DNA from: Eledone cirrhosa
Lineage: Eukaryota
Assembly: GCA_964016885.1 (NCBI GenBank)
Contig: OZ024746.1
Location: 80,662,001-80,726,000 of the forward strand
Reading direction: 5' to 3'
Length of the DNA stretch: 64,000 bases
Part shown: positions 26,596 to 41,419 of the stretch, one piece after another
How the letters are laid out: every line of letters begins with the position of its first letter
Position numbering within the stretch: position 1 is the stretch's first letter
Program-made: the position numbers and the translations under genes
Notes under the pieces: model-generated
What the model saw: only the letters and a program-made list of their open reading frames with translations
The model's database searches: none
Told to the model about the DNA's origin: nothing

Positions 26596-26895
26596 TAAGA
26601 GAGACAGTTTTATTTATACATCCCTATTTTATTCGTTATACGTATTTCGAAGATGTAAGGTAGTTATATAATAACTCCCTTACACGTTCTCTTCAGACAA
26701 ACATATTTGTGCCTACCTTACATTTACATCTTCGAAATACATATAACAAATATAATAGGGGTGTACAAATAAAACCGTCTCTCTTATTTATTGTAATAAA
26801 ACTCCCGATGAACAAAACCCTTGGAGTGCTTCACATCTGTTAAAGAATAAGTCGTCAGATCTTTTAATCAATCACCTTTCTTCAATTGAAAGATA
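26596..26895 (-). mobile_element. Non-autonomous Penelope-like/retrozyme-like fold-back element in (TA)n
   Basis: ~63-bp inverted arms (26596-26658 / 26724-26786), TA repeats on both sides, and an internal hammerhead. Confidence 0.7.
26630..26703 (-). ncRNA. Type I hammerhead ribozyme
   Basis: Minus strand reads UGUUUGU-CUGAAGA-[G...C stem II, 19 positions, 2 mismatches]-GAAA-UACGUA-UA^-ACGAAUA. Stem I has 7 bp (2 G-U) and stem III is the palindrome AUACGUAU. Confidence 0.78.
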
Positions 26896-27829
26896 TATAT
26901 ATATATATATATAGTGTACATTTGTAAGGCAGGTGGGCATGGAATTCTAATTCAAACTATCTTTTCTTTGATGTTCCTTTGAGTTATATCATTTAACCCT
27001 TTTGATACTAAACTTCTTGATACTGCCTCTGGGTATATGAGACAAAACTATTTGTTTTAAAGTGTTTATATTCATTTAAAAACTTTCCATAATTTCATAT
27101 AAAATCCTATGTTATCTTCCAAACATCAGTTTAATAATGGGAAGGTTAGTTGTTTGTCTAAATCCCTTCAAAGTCTTTACATTTTGAGTTCAAATTGGTC
27201 CAATATTAACTTTGCCTGCATTCTTCCAGTGTTGATAAAATAGTACCAGTCAAATACTGGTTCAATACAATTGACTTTCTCCTCCTCCAACTCATTGGCT
27301 TTGTGCCTAAATTAAAAATAATTTCTGATTTAGGCACAAAGTCAACAATTTTGTGGTTGATTAAATCGACCTCTGCATATTACAGGTATTTTATTTTATC
27401 GACCACCTAAGCATGAAAGCAAAACTAACTTCGGTAGGATTTGAACTCAGAACGTAACTCTATGTCACAAAGCATAGTGTTTGGCGATCTACTGATAATG
27501 CTAATCCACCGCCCTCATAAAAATAACAATCCTCGTACTCATCAGCTTCTAGTTGCTAAAGGCCCTACAATTTTCTGTTGATTGGATGCAATCTACTTGA
27601 TATTGGTAGATCTTTTTGTTTTAGTTTGTATGGAAGACCGATAATTAGAAATTAGAAATTTCAAAGCATCAGTTGCTTTAATGTCTTCGACTGAAAATAT
27701 AATTTGTCCTGTTAGACCTGTGCCTATTCACTTGAAAAAAAGAAGTTATTGAATTAATAACATTACATTAGATAGGAGTAATTAACCCATATTCATATGA
27801 AGTTCTTAAGAATGCATCACCCATTGTCT

Positions 27830-28612
27830 GGGCATGTACAAAGCATGCAAGCTTGCATATGTGCAATGCTATGGTACCGCCTCTGCGCAAGGCACAGCTT
27901 ATAATGTACTTGCCACACAAATATTATTACGGATCCACCGTGGACTCTTTTAGGCTCCACCCACTTTCCTGTCACTACAGTGCTGGCCACCTTCCATGCC
28001 ATGCTGCCCTCAATGAAGAGGTCATACAGCATGGTTTGGATGCTGCAGGCTTCCCCTCTCAGCTTGAGCTGGTGGGGCTGGATTGAGGGGATGGTAAAAG
28101 GCCAGGCAGTATGACCATCTTCCCATTCCACGGTGGTAAACCCCTCATATGGGATGCCACTTGCACTGACACATTCTCCAGCCGCAACCTGGTGCAGACT
28201 GCGACTAACCCAGGTTTGCTGCACTTCAGGCTGAGGAGGGTAAACTCTCCAAGTATCGGTCACTATCCGACAGGTTTGCAGTTGAGCCCCTAGCAGTGGA
28301 GACTTCTGGTGTCCTTGGCCCTAGGGCTATCTCCCTACTTACCACCATAGGGGCTGAGCTGGCTAGCTGCAGGTGTGAGCCTTGTGAGATGGAATGGCTC
28401 TTCCAGCGCATCTCTCTTACCAGCCTCCTGGGAAATGCCTTCTCCATTCTGTCCACCGGGGCCGTGGGGCGGCCATCATGTGGGACCCCATTTGCTCATA
28501 ATACAGAGAGATGGGGAGGGTGAGAGAGATGGAGGCGATGACAGTGGGAGTTCGGCTCTTCTGAGTTCAGACCTGGTGTGCAGTGTCAGTTGTCCGTAAG
28601 AAGGTAGTGATT
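27830..28612 (+). mobile_element. 5'-truncated CRE-type non-LTR retrotransposon (zinc knuckle + RLE domain), decayed
   Basis: HPLSCHYSAGHLPCHAALN..LDAAGFPSQLELVGLD*GDGKRPG.MTIFPF..GKPLIWDATCTDTF..KY..LAVETSGVLGP..WLFQRISL..GNAFSIL; GC-rich island ending at (TA)n. Confidence 0.85.
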
Positions 28613-29142
28613 CATATATATATATATATATACATATTATATTGTATTGAACTTTATCGAAGATTGTGGTCATACCCAGTGCATGATTAATTGTAATTTC
28701 CTTCAAATATACAACTCAGAACATTCTACTACTATATTTATTTATTTTGCTTTTGTGTTTATCTACAAACCCCGAAAATATACATGTACATCTAAATAAT
28801 CAGATATAGATTTTAAAAAAAAGAAATAACATGGAATTTACTTTCAATTCTTTTGTATTTTACTTTCCTTACTTCAGGCTTTTAACTTTTATCTCTTTTG
28901 CATTTTTGTTCATCTTTTTTATCACACTAAACTAAGATTTGACCATCGTTTTTTAAGATGGTAATGTAGTGTTTGTTTGTTTGTTACTGTATTCTGTATA
29001 ATTATATTTCTTAAATGATTTGTTATAAAACTCTTTATATTAAGTTTGTAACTACAGTTGAGAATAAATATTTAACTCTAGATAACTCACCCATCACAGA
29101 AAAATCACTCTTCACGTATAAGATGTATATATCTATTTCTTA

Positions 29143-29290
29143 TGCCACCTCCCTTCTCAATGCTATCGGAGCAGAGTTAGACACCCGCATGAATGAGTCC
29201 CAATGTTTGGAATGGATATTTCAATGCATTTCCCTCGCTGTCCTCCGAGGTAAGGCTTTCTCTATTCTGTCCACTTGGACCAGGAGGCAG
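29143..29290 (+). mobile_element. CRE-type RLE 3' fragment
   Basis: LLNAIGAEL..LEWIFQCISLAVLRGKAFSILST, homologous to 28330-28460. Confidence 0.75.
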
Positions 29291-30597
29291 TTTGCTCATG
29301 GGGTTCTGCACACCAGAGAGTGTTCTCCAACATGGTCTAGGCTCATATCATTGAGGGTGGCGATGATTGAGTATTCTTTCCATATAATTAAATTTGTGTT
29401 TTCGGCAATCTAAGACAATTCAAATATATTCTATTAGTATTGTACTTTGTGAAACACACTTATAGAAATACTCATTTATTGAATTGGATTTAAGAATATT
29501 TCAAACGACATAATGAAAAGGAGTCTAGACGTAGCCAACTTCTTGTCACAACTGGAGCCAGCTGACCTTGACTGTGGAGACGGCAAGCTCCCCACTCCCT
29601 GACAGAATTACCCTCTTCCCATTCGAAGGAGGTGAGAGAATTCTGGCTGTATATGGCCGGTTTAAATTCTAGAGTGTTAAACCTATGTTCCAGCTGTGGC
29701 CATCTCGTCTTTTCATTTACAGACAATGTATTTAGGACAGTAGTTCCCAGCCTTATCATTACCCCATTTACTTAAATGAATTTTTCTAAGACCATGCCGC
29801 CCACTATAATTACTTTCTCCCAGTTTGTTATTCACAAAGCCTAGAGAAGAATGGATACTCGATAATGTGTGCAGATTATGTTTTTAATAAAGTACTTGAA
29901 ATTTTGAATTTAATTCATGGAACCCATGCTGGGCACTGCTGATTTAAGACTACATTGTTCAATACGTCTTTCATTTTTTTAAGACAGTAGGATGTGAGTT
30001 GGTAAAAGTGATTTTGTTGCTATTTCTAGCATGTTGAGTTCAAGCCCATTGTTAAGTTTTGTTTCTCGAGAGGCTTTAGAATATTCTGGGTGGGCACTCT
30101 TTCACAAGTAATTTTTAAAAATAAAATTTTATTTTCTAAATCTGAGGGTGCACCAATGAAAAGTAAATTGGAGTGAGGTAGTGCCTTCATTTCACTGTAG
30201 TGATAGAACAGTTTACTTCATTAAAATCTGATATTGATATTGATTGACATAACATTGTCTAACGGAACATACATGCTAGCTATAGGCTTTATTTTTCAAT
30301 ATCTACTTCTCTACTAAAAACATTTTGTTGGTAATAAAAGGCCAATAAGTTTCAAAGAACTGGTACAATGCAGTAAAAATATATAAAAGGCAAATGATGA
30401 CAAAACAAAGTAATGTTTTACCCAGTATATTTCAACATATTTCAAGGCTGTTACTCCTTTTTGAAAGGTGAAGCAGAAACAGTTCAAAACAATTTACAGT
30501 AAGAAAATAGTCCGGAAAAAAAATCCCAAATAACTGTAAAATCTTAGTAAACCCTATAGGTACTAAGAATATTATCTTGTTGATCTCTGACCAAGCT

Positions 30598-30760
30598 TCT
30601 AGTAGAGAATCCTGGTGTTCTTGGTCTCAATACCATCTTTTTAGTCAGTGCTATCAGGGCAGAAGAGTGAGCCCTACCTGTGAGTTGGAATAGCTATTTC
30701 AATACATCTTTCTCTATCCTCTGGGGACAATGCTTTCTCCATTTTTTTTCACTGGGGTTG
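30598..30760 (+). mobile_element. CRE-type RLE 3' fragment (more decayed)
   Basis: ctagtagagaatcctggtgttcttggt..ggaatagctatttcaatacatc..aatgctttctccatt, homologous to 28290-28455. Confidence 0.6.
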
Positions 30761-31530
30761 GGGTGGAGTGGGGTAGGGGAGGGGGAGGTGCAGCTTATAT
30801 TACTGGAGCAGCAATGACCATCGCTGTGTTTTTATTCAGTTACAATTTCTTCTTGAGACATTGAGGAAGCAAGGAAATTTTAAGCCAGACTAAATACTGA
30901 TTCAGATACCATTTTAATTTGGAATTTTAACGCTAACACATTTTTTTCAACTAAAGTGTTTGATTTTATCTTAAATTCTTGAATCATATTGAAAATAACT
31001 TTTAAATAATAAAATAATATAAAAAATATATATATTATCTTTGTTGTTTGAGTGAAAGTAATTGTGTTGACATGAAAGATAGCACTGTTTCCTTGCTACA
31101 AATATATCTAGTATATAACAGTTTTCTCTGATGGTTGGCTTACCTATTTTCAAATGTGATCATTGTTGTGGAATCTAAATAAAGCAAACACTGATAAAAT
31201 TCTGATAAACGAATTCTGTTGTGATGCTATATAGGCAATGTATGTGTAAATAGATGTATTGTATAATGAATTAACTGTATGTTGTTTGTAGTACTGTTTA
31301 TGTGTCATAGGCTTGCATAATAACTTTTCACATAACATAAAGCCACACTTTTATAAGGCAAGGTAAATGGGAAATTGTGATGGCCAAACTATTTCCAAGA
31401 TATTAACAATGTTAAGTGCAACTGTCAATGCAGCATGGCCAAATGGTTAAGAACTTTGCTTCTCAATTATGAGATTCTAGGTTCAGTCCCACTGTGAGGT
31501 ATTTTGGGCAAATGCCATTTATTATATGCC

Positions 31531-31759
31531 TTAACCCTTTAGCATTTACATTACTCTATATTTACTATTATATTTTCATGGGAAAGGCTTTACCTCACAT
31601 AATTATCTCACATAATATCAAATCTATGAGATTTTGATACTATTTATTTTGAGAACAATACCTTAACATCAGCATGAGTGGCTATTTACAGCCAGTTTGA
31701 ACAGAAAGAGGTGAGAGAATTCTGGCTGGATACGGCTGGTTTAAATGCTAAAGGGTTAA
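31531..31759. mobile_element. piggyBac-type MITE inserted in a SINE
   Basis: TTAA-ccctttagcattta ... taaatgctaaaggg-TTAA; the host SINE continues on both sides (~31425-31980). Confidence 0.9.
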
Positions 31760-32409
31760 GAGTGAAATTGGGTGGATGGAAACTGTTTGGATTGATTGTA
31801 TCTGTAATTAAAATGATCAGCCTTGTCACATCATGTTATGCTGGATCTCCCTGAGGATTACATTAAGGATACATGTATCTGTGGAATGCCCAACCACCTG
31901 TGCATCAATTGTACAAACAGGTGGCTCTGTTGATCAAACAACTGGAACACTTCATCGTTGATACTGATGGAGGTCCATTTTATTTATTTATTAAATAAAA
32001 CTTTTCAGACAGAATTGAAACAACATTGTGAACCTGCTTGTATTATCACGAGTCTCCTCATGGTCGATCAAGTAGCTAGAAATAGCAGTGAAATCCAACC
32101 TTAAGTTGTACTCTGCCATCTTTAAAAAACACAGCATATTAGTTAATGTAGTCCTGGGTATACAATACTTGAAAAAAAAAACAAAAAAATAAAACAAAAA
32201 AAAAACGGAGCTGGTTGTCACGATTGGAATGTTTTTGATGAAAAGTTTTCTCATTCAGAGTTGACCTGGGGCTATATAACAACTGTGAACAGAATTGAGT
32301 TATGATAGGTGAGTCTGTGTGTCTGTGTGTATTGAAGTACTTAAACTATGCGTAGGAGAGAATATTCTAGTATTTATTGTAATTTAATTTATTTCTCACT
32401 AAATACATT

Positions 32410-33045
32410 GATTATAATGATGGCATTAGTGGTAGTGGTGGTGATAATGGTGCAGGGAATGATGGTAGTGGTGGTGGTGGTGATAACTGATGTTTGAAGT
32501 AGTGGTGGTGATAATGGTGGTATTGGTGATGATGATGGTAGTGGTGGTGATAACTGATGATTGTGGTAGTGGTGGTGATAATGGTGGTATTGGTGATGAT
32601 GATGGTAGTGGTGGTGATAACTGATGATTGTGGTAGTGGTGGTGATAATGGTGGTATTGGTGATGATGATGGTAGTGGTGGTGATAACTGATGATTGTGG
32701 TAGTGGTGGTGATAATGGTGGTATTGGTGATGATGATGGTAGTGGTGGTGATAACTGATGATTGTGGTAGTGGTGGTGATAACTGATGATTGTGGTAGTG
32801 GTGGTGATAACTGATGATTGTGGTAGTGGTGGTGATAACTGATGATTGTGGTAGTGGTGGTGATAACTGATGATTGTGGTAGTGGTGGTGATAACTGATG
32901 ATTGTGGTAGTGGTGGTGATAAAGGTGGTATTGGTAATGATGATGGTGGTGGGGATAATAATGGCGGTGGTGGTGGTAGTGGTGGAAATAATGATGGGAA
33001 TGATGATTGTAGTAATTGTAGTTGTGGTGATGATGATGATAATGG
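32410..33045. repeat. GGT/GAT compound trinucleotide minisatellite
   Basis: Repeated gataactgatgattgtggtagtggtggt (27 nt) and longer higher-order units. Confidence 0.95.
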
Positions 33046-34376
33046 CCACCTTCATCAGTATTCAAAAGAATATATAAGGAGAGAACTTTTTACTGAATCA
33101 AAAAGATTTTTTTTAATAGGTTAGTTTAGTTTTGTTTATCAAAAGGTCAAAGCCATACTTCTCATACCTGAAGCATGATAAAAAATGAAAAAAAAACCCC
33201 CAGAAATCTATTGATTTTTCTTTGAACTTTTAGAAGCTCTAGGAGGTAAGAAAGGTCAGAAAAAAAATGTTTTTTTTACCTGAGAAATATATTTTCAAGA
33301 CAAAGAGGGTCAGCTAAATGTAAAGTATTTATTCAACCATGGAATGGTAGCAGTGGTTTAAGTGAAGACAGCTTAGTCAAATATACATGGCTGGTTGATT
33401 GGGTGAGCGGTGAACCCATTTGATATGAAACTGCCCTACAACCCTATGATAGAAAACTGTTTTAAACTGTATATAGTTAAATAACTTACATCATAATTTT
33501 ATGTAAGAATGTTTGTTTTTAGAATATAACATATTCTAAACACCAGATGAATAATGAGAAAGTTTGTTATTTTACTAAATTCCTTCAAATACTTGATTAT
33601 TTTCAAAATGTCTTGAAAATCATAGGAGTGTCTTTCATTAGAAATATAGTAAAGGAAGGGTTAAAGTGTTTATATTTATCTAAAAGCTATCATATTTTTA
33701 TCTGAGAACCTTTGTTCCAAATGCCAAATAAATGAGTAAGTTATATTTACTACCTAAATCCCTTCAACATTCTTGTTTGTTTTCAAAATGACTTGAAAAT
33801 CATAAGGAGTGCCTTTTATTAGAAATATGTTTATGAAATGGTTGAAGAAAGTCACAAAAAGATAAGGAATGGGCAAATAAGTTCAATTCTAGTTCATTGC
33901 TAGTCATTATTAGTCAGTATTATGTATTTACTCTCAACAAGTTGAATACTAGACTATGGGTTTAGACATAGAGGAGCTGCAATCCCTTTCTGTGGTAACT
34001 GGTAGGCCACAGCTAGATTTGAGCTCAAAATACAAAAAGCCAGAACATGTATCATCACTCTAATGATTCTTCCAGCCTACAATTCTAGACTCTAGTACTT
34101 TAATTATTAGCCATGAAGTCACTCTAAAGCTTCTGTTAATTCGTCCCCTTTCACCAATTCTAGTTCACTGCTAATAATTATCACAAACTATAATATCTAT
34201 GTAAACATAGTCTTGCTGTAAAAGCTATGATTTAACTCCTTACTTAGGCATAAAATCTCAAATTTCAACTAAGAGAACATTTAAGTACACTGACTCGAGT
34301 TTTTAACTGGTACTTTATGATTGCAATCCAATGACTAAAATCAGTAAAAGACAATATTGAATAACTACAGACAGAA

Positions 34377-34552
34377 TACAGGTAAAATTCCATTATAACA
34401 AATTTTTCAGTATAACAACAGTTTTTTCAATCCCCGGGGTAATAACAAAAAAACTCTCGATTTGTTTCAGTCGATCTCGTTATAAAGAATTTTTCGTTAC
34501 AACAAATCTTTTTTTATACCCTGTGAATTTCATTATAACATAATTTCACTGA
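34377..34552. mobile_element. Possible Tigger/pogo-like MITE
   Basis: Imperfect termini tacaggtaaaattccattataac ... cattataacataatttcactga with internal gttataac repeats. Confidence 0.45.
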
Positions 34553-34783
34553 ATCGAGTCTGAGACACTCAAAATGAAATTGGATTACAATGGTAAATGA
34601 AAATTGATGGCTTTTAAAATTGGAAAAAAGAAATCAATTGTTATCTATATCTGTATGTCTCTCTCTGCTTATCTATTTGCCTACCTACTTATTTTCTTAC
34701 CTACCTATTTTCTTACCTACCTATTTTCTTATTTACGTATTTTCTTACCTACCTACTTTCTTACCTACCTACCTATCTATCAT

Positions 34784-35010
34784 TTAACCCTTTAGCATTT
34801 AAACCAGCCATATCCGGCCAGAATTTTCTTACCTCTTTCTGTTCAAACTAGCTGTATCCAGCTGTTCATACTTGTGTCAAGGTATTGTTCTCAAAATGAA
34901 TATCAAAATCTCATAGATTCAATATTATGTGAGATAATTATGTAAGATAAAGCTTTTACTTCAAAAAATTCACCAGTAAATATAGAGTAATGTAAATGCT
35001 AAAGGGTTAA
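34784..35010. mobile_element. piggyBac-type MITE
   Basis: TTAA-ccctttagcattta ... taaatgctaaaggg-TTAA, in opposite orientation to the 31531 copy. Confidence 0.9.
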
Positions 35011-35059
35011 GTATTCATGGCAAACTGTTTTTGTGTTTATTTTGATATTTATTTATTTT

Positions 35060-35305
35060 TTAACTCTTTTGTTACCGCATTTCCTATGAAATAACTCTAC
35101 CTATAATTAAAGTATGTTGAAAATAATAAAATATTTGGTGTGATTTAATAATATAACTAATTTTCTCATTAAGTTGATGTTGGGAACATAACTTAAATGT
35201 TCTTACGTAATGGAAGGTTTTGAGATAAATATAGACCTTAAAATAAAGAGCTTAGTGTCATAAAACCAGAGGCAATTTCAGTTAGTTTTGTATCAAAAGG
35301 GTTAA
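35060..35305. mobile_element. Second TTAA-flanked MITE family
   Basis: TTAA-ctcttttgttacc ... gtatcaaaaggg-TTAA; relatives at ~5290, ~18527, ~26994, ~33420-33663, ~35980, ~44407. Confidence 0.7.
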
Positions 35306-35634
35306 TTTTTTCTTCTGTTTATGTCCAAGCTAAAATTATATGTTAGGGTAATTTTAAATGTCTTTTCTGTACAAATAATGATTGTGAATGTTAAACAGTT
35401 ACACTGTCATTGTAGAAGCTTTGTTTTTATTTTGTATCTAGCAGTATTAATTATAACTCTTAGAATGTATAGCCTGAAGCCAATAACTTTTCATGGGATT
35501 ATGTCTTTTATTTATCTAATCCATTTTAATCCCCTTCAAAGTCTGATTTATATTGTCACCTATTCACTTGATTGATGTATTGCAATCCTTATAGTTTCCC
35601 TCATCAATTGTTAGCAGCTTTAATACCTTAATGG

Positions 35635-35980
35635 CATCATCATCATTATGACCACCACCACCACCATCACCATCACCAGCAACAGCAACACAATGGTGAT
35701 CATCATCACCACCACCATCATCAGCAACAGCAACACAATGATGATCATCATCACCACCAGAATGACTGTCCTCTGCATCATCACCATGACTATGGCCTTC
35801 ACCACCATCATCTCCATCACCACCATCATCATCACTATGATCTCCATCATTTTCATAACCTTCAACTTCATCACTATGACTATCATCACCACCATCAACA
35901 TCATCTCCATCAACACCTTCACTACCATCATCATCATCATCACTATGGCTACCATCATCATCAATACCATTATCACAATG
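35635..35980. repeat. CAT/CAC trinucleotide repeat tract
   Basis: Directly visible. Confidence 0.95.
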
Positions 35981-36365
35981 AACCCTTTTGTTACCATAGT
36001 TCTAATGAAAGACAATGCCTATAATTTTCAAATCGTTTGGAAAATAATCAAGAATTTCTTCACAATTAAGCTGGTGTTTAAAATATAACTTAACAAAGCT
36101 TCTAACATAAAATTATGATGGAAGCTTTATAGATAAATAAAACAAACAGCTTTGAATCATAAAACCAGGAGCAATTTGGTATGGAAAGGATCATGAGATA
36201 TTTGGGTGCTACTTCTAGCAAGTCATACTACCTCCTAAGCTCACCATAACTTTGGTTTTTATTATCAGTGAGTTACAATGAAAGAATTAGTATATAAATC
36301 TATAGGAAAATTGTTGTACTGAGTTACTTTCAAGTAATTGTAATGTATATATATATATATATATA

Positions 36366-36548
36366 TATAGGAAAAAGTATGACCCCGACGGCAGAGCTCA
36401 AGCCGTTTCGACGGCTATTTCTGGAGTCCAGAATGGCTTGAGCTCTGCCGTCGGCGTCATACTTTTTCCTATTTCCCACTCTACTACCCTAAGTATTGAG
36501 TACTCTGGTGCGTTATGGTCCATCTGGTTCCTTACCATAATTCCTTTG
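36366..36548. mobile_element. GC-rich fold-back element inserted in (TA)n
   Basis: Arms ataggaaaaagtatgaccccgacggcagagctcaagcc / ggcttgagctctgccgtcggcgtcatactttttcctat (one mismatch); tail ctctactaccctaagtattgagtact. Confidence 0.7.
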
Positions 36549-37935
<1,387 letters not shown>

Positions 37936-39488
37936 ACTAGATTCTAGAGATATTTTTGTATTCTGCTCTTTTTCTTTGAATATATATTTTCCATGCTATT
38001 TTCAGTGGACTGGTTTCTGAAAATAGAGTATACAGTTTATACAGTTGAATGCTTTTTCCAATGTTAAATTATAAACTATTGAAGTAGAAATCATATTTGT
38101 TATTACACAAGTAGTTAAAAGCCAATCACATTTAGGAACTTTATTTAAGGATACAGTATAGTGGCTACAGCAGGGTTTTAACATATCACTTTGTGATTAG
38201 TAAGTCACGCATCTTAATTGCCAGCATATGTGCCACACTGAACTTAAAAGAGTGAATTATTCTGTTTGATTTTTGGTTCAAGAAGTAAAAATGGAATTAA
38301 ATGCATAATGGTCTGATATAAATTATTAATAAGTGTAGAATTTTCCAGACTATTAATTTCATCTTTAAACTATTTTTCTATTATATATAAGCAGCAAATT
38401 GGCACAGTTGTTAAGGTATATTGTAGTATTTGTTCTAGGTCTTTGTATATAGTTCAAATATTGTTGAGATCGTTTCCTTTCATTCTTTCAGGGTCTATGA
38501 AATGAAACACCAGTCCAGGGCTATGAATTATTGAAATTATTACAGTGTTAGATGAAATGCTTTGCAGTATTTGTTCTGGCTTTTTACAATCTGAGTTCAA
38601 ATTCTGCTGTGGCCTACAAGGATGGTAGACTCAATCTATCACTTGGTTTTGCACCACCATCTAGCTCTTGGATGCTTTTAGAGGAGTCCACTCTGTTACA
38701 AACTTTCAGACCAGGCATCTGATTTTAAGATGTCTTCCTTCCTCCTTTCATTAACCTTTGTGGCTCTGAAAGGGTCATGGACACTGCCCTCTCCTCCCTA
38801 ACTAAATAATTTAAATAAATGTTTTACTGATTTCATTATCATCATATAAAATTCCTTTTCTATGCCAGAAAAGGTTTGGACAGGTCCAAGTTAGTACTGA
38901 ATTGGAACTACTGACCTCTCAGGCAAGCCCACTTCCCATTTACATATGTCCCTGGACTATAGAGTGCATTTGGTATATTTTATCATGGCACTAACACTAA
39001 GGAGGTTGTCATGTGTCTGCTAGTTTATACAATACTTATATCTACACTTCTAAACAAAGAGAAGTAATGTCCTTTATATACAATTCAAATCCAGTTGGAA
39101 ACCATGTGATAAGACATCCAACCATGGTAAAAAACTGAACAAATCAAAATGCTGTGTAGATAGGAATACTATAAAGGTGAAGTTAATTAGAAAAATTATA
39201 ATTTAAAAATGGAATGTTCTCTACCTCTGGTTTGAGGGTTCTTGTGATATAATATTTTTAAACCTTTTGATTAGAGAAATTAGAATTATTGATGCTCTTT
39301 GTGTAATATCATTATTTTTGTAGTAATTAAGACACAATGACTTAATGATAAATACTAGTTTCTAGGCTTGTAATTTTGTATCTTATGCCAGAACAGGCAG
39401 TACAATATTTAAGCCTCCTTACCTAATCAAGACACCATTATTGCCAGCAAATTAATAATTTAAACTGCATGAAGTATTCTGGTAAGGA

Positions 39489-39717
39489 TTAACCCTTTAA
39501 CATTTACATTACTCTATATTTACTATTATATTTTCATGGTAAAGGCTTTATCTCACACAATTATCTCACATAATATCGAATCTATGAGATCTTGATATTA
39601 TTTATTTTGAGAACAATATCTTATCATCAGTATAAGCGACTAGTTACAGCTGGTTTGAACAGAAAGAGGTGAGAGAATTCTGGCCAGATATGACCGGTTT
39701 AAATGCTAAAGGGTTAA
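39489..39717. mobile_element. piggyBac-type MITE
   Basis: TTAA-ccctttaacattta ... taaatgctaaaggg-TTAA. Confidence 0.9.
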
Positions 39718-40159
39718 ACATTGAATGTTTATTTACCTTTTAACTAATTTCATTCATTAGACTGTGGCCATGCTGGGGCACCACTTTAAAGCTGAAGAAG
39801 TAACTAGTTATGGGTAAGCTTAGCATTTGTTAATCTGGAAAAAGCTTTAGATGAAACTGTTTGGAAGTTCGTCAAATGGACTGTACGTGTAATTAAAAGG
39901 TCTAGCCTTGTAACACACTGTGTAGTGCTGAATCACACTGAGAATTACATTAAGAGTACATGTCTGTGGAATGCTCAGTCACTTACATGTTAATCCCATG
40001 AGCAGGCTGTTCTGTTGATCAAACAACTAAATCACTCATCATTGAAACCAAGGGAGGTCTATTTCAATAGTTAAGTAATTGATTTTTGGGATGGAGATCA
40101 TGTTAGTTGTTATTGGAAGGATAGCAGTGATGGTAAGTAAATAGAATCAAATGGAGAAA

Positions 40160-40520
40160 AGACACACACACGCATGGCATGCATTCACACACACACATAT
40201 GCACACATGCATGCTTGCATGCATTCACACACACCCATACATGCATGCATACACACATACACATGCACACACATGCATCTATGCTTGCATGCATTCACAC
40301 ACACATATGCATGCTTTCACACACACACACATGCATGCTTGCCTGCATTCACACACACACACATGCATGCTTGCCTGCATTCACACACACATACACATGC
40401 ACACCCATGTATACATGCTCGCATGCATTCATACACATACTCAAACACATGCAATCATTGACACATACGCACAAACACATGCATACATTCACACACACAC
40501 ACACGCATGCATGCTCGCAA
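40160..40520. repeat. CA/ATGC low-complexity repeat
   Basis: Repeated acacacatgcatgcttgcatgcattc. Confidence 0.9.
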
Positions 40521-41419
40521 ATCACTGAACACAAATCACTGAACAATTAAATAAATATGCTTGATATAGCAAACCATTATAGATTGTCTCTAGAAACTAA
40601 ACACAAAACTTACTAGTCTATTATATTAACCAGTAAATTACATTAACTACATTTTGTGCTTTTTTTTGTATGTATTTTTCATTGAAAACTTACTAGCCAT
40701 AAAAATATACATAATCAATAAAATGAATGGAAAAATATCATATTCTTTGATGGATAGATACATTTTTTTTTTATTGATTATCAAATATATTACATTACAA
40801 AACTATATTTTGCAATGAGTTCTCAATACAAATTGTATTTAAATCTGTAACAATTTAGAAAGTCAAAACTTGAATGTAAAAGTAATACATGAATACTCAG
40901 ATATTAGATGAGATAGTCCAAAACTTCTCAACCTTTTCACTACCACGAACCCCTTTTATTTGAATGAACTTTCCCATGGACTCATACCCAAAAATGAAAG
41001 ATCACCTATTTAAATGAAGCAGTTGCCAGGAGTTACAACTGGCAGATAGTATCAGCAATGGAAACTTTGTTTCCTTGGTTTGATTTGATGAGTTCCACTC
41101 CACTTTGTAAGCAACGAAGGTTTGGGATAATGTTGATTATGAATGACAGAGAATTGAAAAATGCATCTAAAGAAGAAAAAAAAGAAAAAGAATATACCAG
41201 CAGATTTGTAAATAGCTTAAACTTATGTTTATTTTAAGCAAGTTTATATATTATAGATTTTAAGCAAGTTTATATATTATAGATTTTACACTGTAGCTTT
41301 TTAAAATTATGAATTCAGTTTGTGGACTCCTAACGACTTTTGAGGATACCAGACTGGGATGTATTGAAATAAACAATGAAAATATTAATATCCTTAGTGA
41401 CTGTTATCATCTTCTAGAG

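Noticed and set aside
32412-33065. His/Thr/Pro-rich 217-aa and 209-aa ORFs
   Set aside because: Trinucleotide repeat open in several frames, with no splice or domain evidence.
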